A stretch of 61,607 bases of DNA, filler included, from Fonticula-like sp. SCN 57-25 (taxonomy: Eukaryota): assembly GCA_001724245.1 (NCBI GenBank). It is 7 parts of 7 records of this genome, joined end to end, with 100 filler letters (N's around TTAATTAATTAA, not from the genome) between each part and the next. Parts side by side here need not be neighbours in the genome. Positions count along the whole stretch, not along the records: positions 1 to 7,226 come from MEDX01000383.1; positions 7,327 to 20,638 come from MEDX01000384.1; 5 more parts are not named here. One strand, 5' to 3'. The position numbers and the translations under genes are program-made. Positions within the stretch are counted from its first letter, which is position 1. The number at the start of each line of letters is the position of its first letter. Under the pieces are notes generated by a model. That model had not been told where the DNA came from, did not search any database, and saw only the letters and a program-made list of their open reading frames with translations. This document shows positions 1 through 8,832 of the stretch, piece after piece.

Positions 1-1
1 G

Positions 2-1267
2 GGCGACTTTCGCCCTGCCTACAACGCGCTCGGTTTGCTCAAGGAAACCTTTCCCCAGAGCCGCATTCTTGCCATGACGGGTACCGCCTCTCACGCCTCT
101 GCAAGCGAGATCGCGAGAGCTCTGCGATGCCCCGCGGCGCGCATTGTATTGGGGGACGTCGACCGCGCGGAAATCTCGTATCAAGCCAGGTCTGACCGAA
201 ATGGACGAAGCGTTCGCCATGCTTTTGATTCGCTCTTTGAGCTGCTGGCTAGGCACCAGAGTGAAACGGGCATTGTGTTTGTCGCCTCTGTGAGGAGCTG
301 CGAGCTCATCGTTGAGGCGATCCGCGAGCGATTTGGCATGGAATTGACAGCTGCAACATACCACGCTCGGGTGAGTTGTAAAGAAAAGCTAGCGCGCGCG
401 CGCCAGTGGGCGTCGGGTGCTGTCAAGGTGATGGTCGCAACTTCCGCTTTTGGCATGGGAATCAACAATCTGTCATGCCGCTTTGTTATTCACCTTCAAA
501 TGCCGCCGTCCTTGACCGCCCTGCAGCAGGAGAGCGGCCGCGCTGGCCGAGACGGTCGTTCTTCTGTTTCCTATCTTCTTGCTACACGCTCGGATCACGC
601 GATATGGGCGCCTGTTATGTCCAAATCGGCTCGCGAGCAGGTGGTCAAACAAGCGGGTGGCGTGGCTCCGAGTTTGCCTGTCTTTCGGTCGAAGATATTT
701 GACACTACGGTACCGCGTCACCAGCGCATCGAAGAAGTCTGGCTCTATGCCTCGCTCCAGTGCTGTCGCCGCTGGATACTATCTGCAGGCGTGAGTGCTG
801 TATGTGCTGCTCCTGTCTCGCAACGTCTGTGCGGCAGCAAAGCGCCTTGCGATCATTGCCAGACGCAGACGCACGAGTCGCCGCGCGTGGACGCAAGCCA
901 ACACGCGCAGTTGGTCCATGATATCGTTCTCGAGATGTACGACAAGGGCATCACTGTTACGGTCGAAGGAGTAATTGGCGTGTTCATGCGAAGCGCAAGG
1001 GTCTTTGATGAGTTGAAACGGCTTGGTACATACGGCGAAAACTGTCGCGAGTCACTGTTTCTAAAGCCCACGGCTCGCCTGGGTGCCTACCTTGTCAGTG
1101 TCTTGATTGCCCGTGGCAATTTGCTGTTGTTGGTATTGCCGCCTGATATCATGCGCGACAATGACGAGGACGAGGACGAGGACGACCCGATGGAACAACA
1201 GCGCTGGCGCCACTACTTTTCTTTGAGATTAGGCACGCCTCTTACGCTTCCTCTCTATTATTTTTGA
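2..1267 (+). CDS. RecQ-family DNA helicase, 5'-truncated, intronless
   Basis: Frame open from base 2: GDFRPAY (RecQ aromatic loop), MTGTA (motif III), ATSAFGMGIN (V), QESGRAGRDG (VI), Zn-binding CCRR...CDHC followed by a winged-helix-sized region. Confidence 0.92.
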   Translation, partial: GDFRPAYNALGLLKETFPQSRILAMTGTASHASASEIARALRCPAARIVLGDVDRAEISYQARSDRNGRSVRHAFDSLFELLARHQSETGIVFVASVRSCELIVEAIRERFGMELTAATYHARVSCKEKLARARQWASGAVKVMVATSAFGMGINNLSCRFVIHLQMPPSLTALQQESGRAGRDGRSSVSYLLATRSDHAIWAPVMSKSAREQVVKQAGGVAPSLPVFRSKIFDTTVPRHQRIEEVWLYASLQCCRRWILSAGVSAVCAAPVSQRLCGSKAPCDHCQTQTHESPRVDASQHAQLVHDIVLEMYDKGITVTVEGVIGVFMRSARVFDELKRLGTYGENCRESLFLKPTARLGAYLVSVLIARGNLLLLVLPPDIMRDNDEDEDEDDPMEQQRWRHYFSLRLGTPLTLPLYYF

Positions 1268-1594
1268 TTTGATTATTATTCTTTTTGTAATGTTACTCAA
1301 TATATAGGCCTATTTCACTTCTATCTATCTACATCTCGTTGTTCTGATCCATCGACAGTTGTCCTCTAATCTCGTCTCCGATGCAAGTAGTGCATTTGCC
1401 GCTAGGATCGCTTCGAGAGAATATGTTACAGACAACATTTTGTCACGCGTTAGAGAGCGACGGGAGCGCCGGCGACAGCGGCATACTCAGCGGGAGCGGC
1501 GTGTACAGAGGTGCGAGCGGCGACGTGGACAGCACATATGGCGACTCTGAGTGGACCAGCCATGTCGGAGGTGGCGATGACGGTGTATCTCTAT

Positions 1595-2227
1595 TCAAGG
1601 GCTGTGTATTTGTGTGACAATATAGCGTAAGACCATTGTCAATTTCATTTTAGTTTGTAATGACGCGCACGCTGGTCCATGCTGGGGCAGGGGCTCTACC
1701 GTCGGCGTCACGAGGGCCGATGAACGCGTTATGAGGGCCGATGTACGAAGCTCACTCACAACTTGCGGATCCTCAAACCCAAGTGTTCGGAGACTAGACA
1801 TTTTGCTGGCTGGGTCGGCATGGGTAAAGGCAAGCACGGCCGACGCCCACCCGTCCTCTATGTCCGTGGTCTGCGACTCTACGAGCGAAGCCGGATCGCT
1901 AAACTGAGAGGTGAATCGAGCTAGCTCGAGACCAATGAGACCGTCCTTGAAAATTACAAAGTTAAGTCGAACAAAATGATCATTCACTTTCGATATCATG
2001 AAATACCCGGGGAGCAGAGGAACCTGGCTCGACTTGCACGAACGAAAGTACGAACGTGCACGCAATGGAATCTCTTCGCCAGCCTCCAGAATGCGCAACG
2101 TTTCAAGATGAACCGGCAGCGGTGACACATTGTCAAAGATCGCTACTGGTTTGCGGTACCCATTAAAAATAACAGGCTTGGCCCAATGTAAGGCATTCTT
2201 ATACCATTTGCGTGGCGGCGGCGCCAT
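1595..2227 (-). CDS. Hypothetical protein (210 aa)
   Basis: ATG-initiated ORF with globular-looking composition; no motif recognised; 3' end may be spliced. Confidence 0.45.
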   Translation of the reverse strand: MAPPPRKWYKNALHWAKPVIFNGYRKPVAIFDNVSPLPVHLETLRILEAGEEIPLRARSYFRSCKSSQVPLLPGYFMISKVNDHFVRLNFVIFKDGLIGLELARFTSQFSDPASLVESQTTDIEDGWASAVLAFTHADPASKMSSLRTLGFEDPQVVSELRTSALITRSSALVTPTVEPLPQHGPACASLQTKMKLTMVLRYIVTQIHSP

Positions 2228-2405
2228 TTTGCCAACAACGCTGACACACAGAGTACAGAGCCACTGGAGAGCTGATGACCATCAGTCGATCAGACGAATC
2301 AGATATGAAAAATTTTATAGGCAAAGTCTAAATCCACATCAATGTAGGTCTAAACACACACTTGATGACCATCAAAGTGAAACTAATCACTGATCAGCTT
2401 GATGA

Positions 2406-3890
2406 TCATGAGAGGGAACAGTATTTTGAGACGGCGACAAACAAAGGGAGAATGCGGTGACACGGAGACAAAAGCATGCGGAGCTCAGTTTTCAGGGCGT
2501 TGTGCGCGCCTTCAGCCCTCGACGAAGCCTCGTTGCGCAGGTGCCGAGCGTTCTTCGTCCACGCTGTCGCCCACTTCTCCTTGTAAGGCACCCACTGTTC
2601 ACAGAGATACACGACGCATTCGCCGTAGAGCGGGGAAGGGTGCGCTTGCATACGCTCGAGCATGGCGTCAAAGTCCGCCCGGGTCGAAGCGAACGCGAGG
2701 CCCTTGAAGTCCACCGTAAATGCCGCCGCGCCACCTATCTCCTCCGCGTCGTGGTCCCTCACAACGCGCTTGTAGCGCGCCTCCACATTTTTAAAAATGT
2801 GCCAAATGCAGAGCATGTGACGAGTGTCCGGAAGTACGCCGCTGAGAGCGCCCATCAACGCGAGATCACGATCAGCGATGAACACCGCCGGATGACGGAC
2901 GCCCGGCATCGCCCGGAAGCAACCCAAGGCCCACACAAAGTCGCCGCGCGTTTCGTGTCTCAGAAAGACAACAGCAGCGGTGAAAGTTGTGTTCAACGAC
3001 GTTGCTCCGACTATTTGAAAAACGGGCATGCCGTAGACGAGCGTCTTATAAGTGCAGTCGGCGAGGAACACAGAAGGAAAGCGATGCGCCAGATCGCGAC
3101 TCTGCACAGACCACACAAACATATGCGTCAGCCGTCCCTCAGCGTCCTGCTCAAACATCGGCGGCGTCGTGGGGTCCGATGCAGCGCGAAGGTCGTCCAA
3201 GAACGCTTGCGAGTTCGTGCGCCCGTTCAATCGTTGACGACGGATTTTAGCCACGGCGTTGATAACGTCCTTGTTTGTGCAAGCAATGCTCGGAAAGGCC
3301 ACGCGCAGCTGTCGATAAATCTGGGATGCAGACATGTTTGCCAACGTGCCCGCGCGAATGGTGGTCAGCTCGGCCTCGCTGAACCGTCGATTGCGCGGAT
3401 GTGCGGATGCGGCCGGAGCTGCAGGATGGCTGTGGTCGGGCACAGCTGTAGCAAGCTGCCACCGCTGCTCTCCATTCGGCTGCACGGAGCGCGTGATCAA
3501 AACTTTGTATGGGCACCCCACCATGCGAGTGCCGCGGCGTCGCACGCGGCGACCACCAGCGTCTGCGCCATCAGCACCTCATCAAGGTCGATTCGGCGGA
3601 GGAGCGCTTCCTCGATCACAAAGGAGACATGCTCCCCAAACACCAGAATTGCGAGTGCTCAAGGCAAAGCCGAGGCCGGCAGCCTGGGCGAACGCAGCCC
3701 TGCGCGCTTCCTCGAAAGACGAAAACGTGCCCTGCAAGACCGCGTTGAAGGTAGCTGGCGGCCCATCTTAAATGGCTTCGTCCTCTAAATCAAACTCCAG
3801 TTCGGCTTCAAAGTCTTGCTGAGGCTGGTGCTCTTGAGCGACGCCAGGATCACGCGGAGGCACCCCATCGGCGCCATGTGCTGACGCCAT
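2406..3890 (-). mobile_element. Mutator/MULE DDE transposase pseudogene (FAR1 DNA-binding + MULE domains)
   Basis: One frame from ATG 3890 with in-frame stops at 3768-3770 (TAA) and 3579-3584 (TGA TGA). FAR1-type FSSFEEA..GF..CDRG..GTRMVGCP..W..HSH; catalytic LADCTYKT, IADRDLAL, CIWH, RAEGAH; ends shortly after the catalytic Glu. Confidence 0.9.
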
Positions 3891-4267
3891 GGCAGAATGT
3901 CTGCTGTATCTGTGATGGTCATTAATACGTCAAAATCGCATGCGCTTCCGCAGCATGGCAAAATAGTCTCCCTCGAAGAAAAATTTTTTACTAACTTTAG
4001 CAGTTTTTTGTTGGACTGCCTGTGTGCCTCCCGCAGGCCTCCCGCGCTTGCTGGCGGATGTCGCACACGCAGACCTTTACTTCTACGGACAACAATTATA
4101 GTTTGGGCAACTCGTTTCGCGTTTTATTTGAGGGCGGTTTAAACACGGTCCGTGGTTCGGCTGACGTGCGTAGAAAAAAATTAGCTCCGGCCGCGCCCGA
4201 GTCGTCGACAACCAATTCGCTTCCACTGGAGACCACCAAACTGCTTCCAAAAGGGACAAGCAAATCG

Positions 4268-4655
4268 ATGCCACAGGCGACAACCGCCCCACGTTCAACT
4301 GAACCGTCCCCAGCCGGTATGCTTGATCAAGTCGTCGGCTCTCTAATGAATACGTTCGGAAACAGACATGTCGAAGCTGGAGGCCCTCATGTTGGATATA
4401 CAGCGCAGTGTGGCTAAAAAGGTGGACGTTGACCTTATGCACGATAACCTCTCCGCTGAGATCACCCAAATTCGACAGACCATTGCTACCAAGAACGATC
4501 TGCAAGCCGTGAAATTGTACTTTACGGCAATGTACATACTGGGCGGGCTTTGCGCTGCTGGCCTCGTAATGTTGCACTCCGGCCCCAGTCTCGCTGTCAT
4601 GTATGCTGTCTTGGGACTGCTCGGGTATTGTGCCTACGCAAGTTTTGGCCCCTGA
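4268..4655 (+). CDS. Small coiled-coil protein with C-terminal membrane anchor (CCDC90/DUF1640-like)
   Basis: Exons 4268-4316 and 4366-4655 join in frame across a GTATGC...CAG intron; heptad region with ATKNDL then hydrophobic helices. Confidence 0.6.
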
Positions 4656-5014
4656 CATCATAGTACGTTCACTGCAAGTTTAAGGTCGAATCCGACCCCT
4701 TCTCGGATTCATATCTCGATTTCTTTTCATTCACCGGCATGACAGTCGAAATGGATGAAACTGAAATACAATTGAATTGAATGAACATGAACGAGTAAAT
4801 AAATTTTGTGCGGGATCCGAGAGATCATTTTTCGTTTGCTCGTCTAAAAGCATGTTGGTGCTCGTGGGACGTGCCTGACTACGATGGCGCCCATTTGTAG
4901 CCGCCAAGATCCCGCTGGTATCACGTTTCCCGCCATTTTCAAACCGACCTGAGACAGACTCTGAACTACATTTTCTGTGTGACAATACAAAAAGATTGGT
5001 CTGGTGATCCACCC

Positions 5015-5121
5015 TTAACTATTACTTTAGCTATTACATTATAGTTGATAGCTATTATTTCATTGTATGATAGCTATTAATTCAAAATTTGATGAGTATT
5101 ATATAACTTGATAGCTATTAC
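5015..5121. repeat. AT-rich cluster of TGATAGCTATTA repeats
   Basis: Exact 12-mers at 5046, 5068 and 5109; partial copies at about 5015 and 5028; core ATAGCTAT is palindromic. Confidence 0.85.
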
Positions 5122-5856
5122 AAGTGCCTCGGTCCAGCGGGTTGACTAGGTCGCGTTGGCCTCCCATAGGGCTCGTCCTGTCGCGCGCGCATTTAACAAG
5201 CGCCACTTTGGTAGTTCGGTGGCACCAACGCTCATTGAGGCTCAACCGGCAGCAATGAGCCATCGCTCGTTCTCTGCAATCGCCCTTCCCCAACAGATTC
5301 GCGAGCGCAACGACGACGGTTAGCACTCGGGCAAGTAGTCAAAAGGGGACAACTTGCCGCCGCGCTATTTACAAGCCACCACGCAACGGTTCGGATGCAA
5401 AGAGCTTTCTCTTGCACGCACGAAGGAAGGTTGAAGCCAGCAACGGCCCCAGTCAGCAAAGCAAAATCAGCAAAAAACGCCCCGCTACCAGGCGCAAAGT
5501 AGCGATGTCGACTGAGGGCACTGGCGAGGCCACTCAAAGGACTTGCGACTGACCTGCTGCTGACCACAACACATCACCGACGAGTAGAAGAATCGCGTTC
5601 GATTTGACATGCGCGTCGCCTCACGCAAAGACGTTTCACGGCGACAGCCCGTAGTGCGGTAACGTCCAAATTTTCAGCTCGACACTCGCGCAGCCTTGAC
5701 CACCCACATAATGCGCTTTATGTAGCGGATCGCAAACAGTTGTGGGCTGGATCGCCATGTGCGGACGGTCTGGTCACGCTTGTGCTAGGGATCATGCTTA
5801 GATTGAGATGAGCGTTCCTCGCGTGTGTGCCAAACAAACGTCTTGTGACGCGCAGG

Positions 5857-5964
5857 ATTGGAAAGGCCAACGCGCGTAACGGTTAGGCATGATGATTGGT
5901 CAGCCTCTTGCAAAGTTTCGTGTGCTGATTGGTCAAATGCACACAAGCCCTCTTTGCTGATTGG
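5857..5964 (+). promoter_or_regulatory. Four tandem inverted CCAAT (NF-Y/HAP) boxes upstream of the kinase
   Basis: ATTGG at 5857, 5895, 5928 and 5960; three are in a TGATTGGTC context. Confidence 0.65.
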
Positions 5965-6052
5965 TCGAACCTCTACCTATGTGGTGGGGTTCCAGTGAGA
6001 TTTTTCTGGGGCAAGCCCGCCCCTCGTACCGTTATTTTTCGGATCTAGAGAG

Positions 6053-7165
6053 ATGCCTGCAGGTCCGACTCTCTCTTACAAACAAATAGTGTCACAAGCA
6101 ATCTGGGATGACGGCGCCTTTGGAACTGTACGTATATACCGAATGAGCAAGGATGGCTCTTCTACTGTAGTCGCTGGAAAGTCCATCGCTCCCAACCGAG
6201 ACATGTCGTTTCAGGCGATCCTAAACGAACTTATCATGCTTCAACAAGCACAGTGTGAGTTTGTCGTCAAGTACGTGGCTCAAGACGTTGGCCAAGTGGG
6301 AGAGTCAGGGAACGTCATGATCTTCACCGAGCTCTGCCAATGCTCTGTCGAAGCTATGCTCGACTTTAACAACAGGTCCCATTTCGCCATTCGTGCCTGG
6401 GGTGACAGCTACCGACGTGTGTCCCCTCCAAAGTTTGATGGTCTGGAAGAGGTTGTTGTGTGTCTCGACTCGATCCTTCAAGGGCTAATTTTTCTTCATG
6501 ATTATACCATCATCCATCGTGACATTAAGCCGCTAAATATTCTACGATCATTCGATGGCAAATATAAGCTCTGCGACTTCGGATTGGCCAAGATCGTGCA
6601 GGGCCGTAAGCACACAACGAAAGCCTACAGCGAGTGGTACCGGGCACCGGAGGTTTCTACTGGTAGCTATTCATTTAGTAGCGACATTTTCGCGACAGCC
6701 GTGACCTTCATGGATATGCTAGCGCAGTATCAAGGCGACAATGGCGCCGTCAAGTATCGAGATATGTTTTTTTCAAATGAAACCCGAAACTTTACGGACC
6801 TGTTTGCTTTGCAGGAGTTCCGAAGGACGGTTCCGAAAGAGGCACGTCGGTATTTGCCATTGATTGAACAAATGATCCAAATGCCCCCCTCATTACGCCC
6901 AACCCTCGAACAAGTGCGAACTTATCTCAAAGAACAGACAAGCGTACCTCCGTTTGAAGACCTTGATCTCGATTCGGGATCGGAGCATGAGATTATCCAT
7001 CCGCCCTCAGCATCTCAACTTCCGCAAAATACATCTACGCTGCAAGCCAGGCCAGCCAGGGTTACACTTTCAGATGGTCGAGTGATCGATATCGTCTCAT
7101 TCTGGCACGACGACAGCGGCCGTCTTGGTGGCACGACATATACGGGGGAGCACGTTCACATATAA
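6053..7165 (+). CDS. Ser/Thr protein kinase, intronless, divergent
   Basis: DGAFGTV (partial Gly loop), VAGK, HRDIKPLNIL, DFGLAK, YRAPE, SDIF. Confidence 0.92.
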   Translation: MPAGPTLSYKQIVSQAIWDDGAFGTVRIYRMSKDGSSTVVAGKSIAPNRDMSFQAILNELIMLQQAQCEFVVKYVAQDVGQVGESGNVMIFTELCQCSVEAMLDFNNRSHFAIRAWGDSYRRVSPPKFDGLEEVVVCLDSILQGLIFLHDYTIIHRDIKPLNILRSFDGKYKLCDFGLAKIVQGRKHTTKAYSEWYRAPEVSTGSYSFSSDIFATAVTFMDMLAQYQGDNGAVKYRDMFFSNETRNFTDLFALQEFRRTVPKEARRYLPLIEQMIQMPPSLRPTLEQVRTYLKEQTSVPPFEDLDLDSGSEHEIIHPPSASQLPQNTSTLQARPARVTLSDGRVIDIVSFWHDDSGRLGGTTYTGEHVHI

Positions 7166-7202
7166 TGTGAAGGGTTACTGGCGGTGTGAGCCTTAGTTAA
7201 GG

Positions 7203-7226
7203 TCTCTCTCTCTCTCTCTCTCTCTC
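7203..7226. repeat. (TC)n microsatellite at contig end
   Basis: Seen directly. Confidence 0.95.
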
Positions 7227-7326
7227 NNNNNNNNNNNNNNNNNNNNNNNNNNNNNNNNNNNNNNNNNNNNTTAATTAATTAANNNNNNNNNNNNNNNNNN
7301 NNNNNNNNNNNNNNNNNNNNNNNNNN
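7227..7326. other. Artificial contig linker; identical linkers at 20639-20738, 27940-28039, 39807-39906, 47078-47177 and 54344-54443
   Basis: N44-TTAATTAATTAA-N44 spacer with stops in all frames, repeated six times. Confidence 0.99.
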
Positions 7327-7444
7327 CACCTCATACGGCATCATGAACGCGTCAACAGAGCTCAATAAAGATCAAAAAAGAATATTTAAATTGGTATGAT
7401 GAATGAAAACAGCATTTTAAAGAGAGCTCCTAAGCAATTCACAT

Positions 7445-7879
7445 TTACTGCTGCGACTCGACGGCGGCGGCAGCGGCAATGAACGGCGCGGTATCCTTGC
7501 GGAGCACCTTGGCATGGTGAGCATTGGCCCACTGGTACACAATGTAGCTAAACATCGGCGCAATTCAATCAGCGCACATTCACAGCTACTTAAAGAGGCA
7601 AAAAAAGAGACGCACCCAGTGAGGAGTCCGGGGGCCCAATCGAGGACCGTGTCCGAGAAGCGGCGGAGGACGTTGTACGGCGCCTTGCTCACAAAGCCGT
7701 GGAAGGGCTTGAGCTCAAAGGGGGCGAGCGCGTACGTGACAATACCGCGCGCCTATCAAAGTGTGAGCAAAAGGAACGTGAAAAGATGCCCAAAAGAGGG
7801 CAAAAGTGAGCGGCATTGGACGCACCTTGGGCCCAAGGCGGCCCCACTCACCAATGTAGCGAAGTCCGGCTCCACCCAT
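7445..7879 (-). CDS. QCR8: Cytochrome b-c1 complex subunit 8 (3 coding exons, probable 5'-UTR intron); missed by the ORF track
   Basis: Spliced product MGGAGLRYIGEWGRLGPKARGIVTYALAPFELKPFHGFVSKAPYNVLRRFSDTVLDWAPGLLTGYIVYQWANAHHAKVLRK...; GTGCGT...AG introns. Confidence 0.88.
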
Positions 7880-8154
7880 TTCTTTGCGAAAAGAGTTAGT
7901 ATAAAGATACGCAAAAAAACCACAACAACACGGCTAATAAACCACACTCGTTTCCACACAAAAGGCCACACAAAGGCGGCCAAACCAGCGCGGCTGAAAA
8001 AGCGCACCTTTGGACGATGTTCTTCCGACACGAGGCAAACAGCGTTCGGAAAAAGAAGACGGCTCACTGATGACCATCAACGGCCGCTGACAATGATCAA
8101 GCATTACTCGAGGGGCAGTGCCAAGTGACACTGAACTTGTCCCTGATCAGCAGC

Positions 8155-8643
8155 ATGTCCAAGGTGGTGCGCGTGGCCAAGCCGCAGGATTTCGACTCTG
8201 TCGTGGGCGACCTCGCGGAGAAGGTTGACCAGCTCTATGTGGTCATGATTGGCTCGGAGGATCCGCAGACGGGCGAGTCGTGGTGCGAGGATTGCGTCAT
8301 TGGTACGCTCGGCTGATGCTGATGATGCCGGGTCGCTGACATTGCCTCCAGCTGATCCCATCATCCGCTCTACTGTGACCAAGATCCCCGGCGCCGTTCT
8401 CGTCGAGTGCCCCGTCGGCGACCGCGCCGTGTACAAGAACAACCCGACGCACCCCTACCGCGTGCACGCCAAGGCCAAGCTCACCGCCGTCCCGACCCTC
8501 TACCGCTGGGCCAAGGTGCGCCGCCATCCCTGATGATCTCTAAATGTACTGATGATGCGCAGGACGGACCGCTCGGCCGCCTCGTCGAGAGCGAGTGCAA
8601 CTCGCCCGACAGCATCATCGCGCTCTCCAAGCTCCGCGAGTAG
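8155..8643 (+). CDS. TXNDC17: Thioredoxin domain-containing protein 17 (TRP14)
   Basis: Introns 8303-8351 and 8516-8562; TGESWCEDC, VGDR..Y..HPYR, LTAVPTL, RLVESEC. Confidence 0.88.
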
Positions 8644-8832
8644 CCATCATCGCCATCGCCATCTTCTTTTCCCGCCAAACACACTTTTTGTAAAGAATCG
8701 TTCATTGAATAATACTGTGCTGCTCTAAAAGCATTCAACACATAAAAAACGGCCAAATTAATCCAAAAAAGACGCAAAAAAAGTTATAATTCTTTATAAA
8801 ACGTCCAAAAAATGTCATTTTTCTTACTTTTT

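Noticed and set aside
2271-2398. TGATGA...CTGA as a free-standing C/D snoRNA
   Set aside because: No recognisable guide; the boxes are explained by the recurring TGATGACCATCA palindrome
3579-3770. In-frame TGA/TAA as stop-codon reassignment or selenocysteine
   Set aside because: All three stop codons terminate conserved genes in the window; these stops are confined to a truncated transposase
2457-3788. Long antisense ORFs (also 39946-40911, 41606-42442, 44640-45641, 48049-48972, 56636-57787)
   Set aside because: Shadow frames of GC-rich genes on the opposite strand, with no motifs
4684-4711. GGTCGAATCC hairpin resembling a tRNA T-arm
   Set aside because: No cloverleaf or A box; only overlapping short inverted repeats
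7227-7326. Repeated TTAATTAATTAA flanked by N runs as a biological repeat
   Set aside because: Identical 100-nt synthetic spacers joining contigs; ORFs running into them are artefacts
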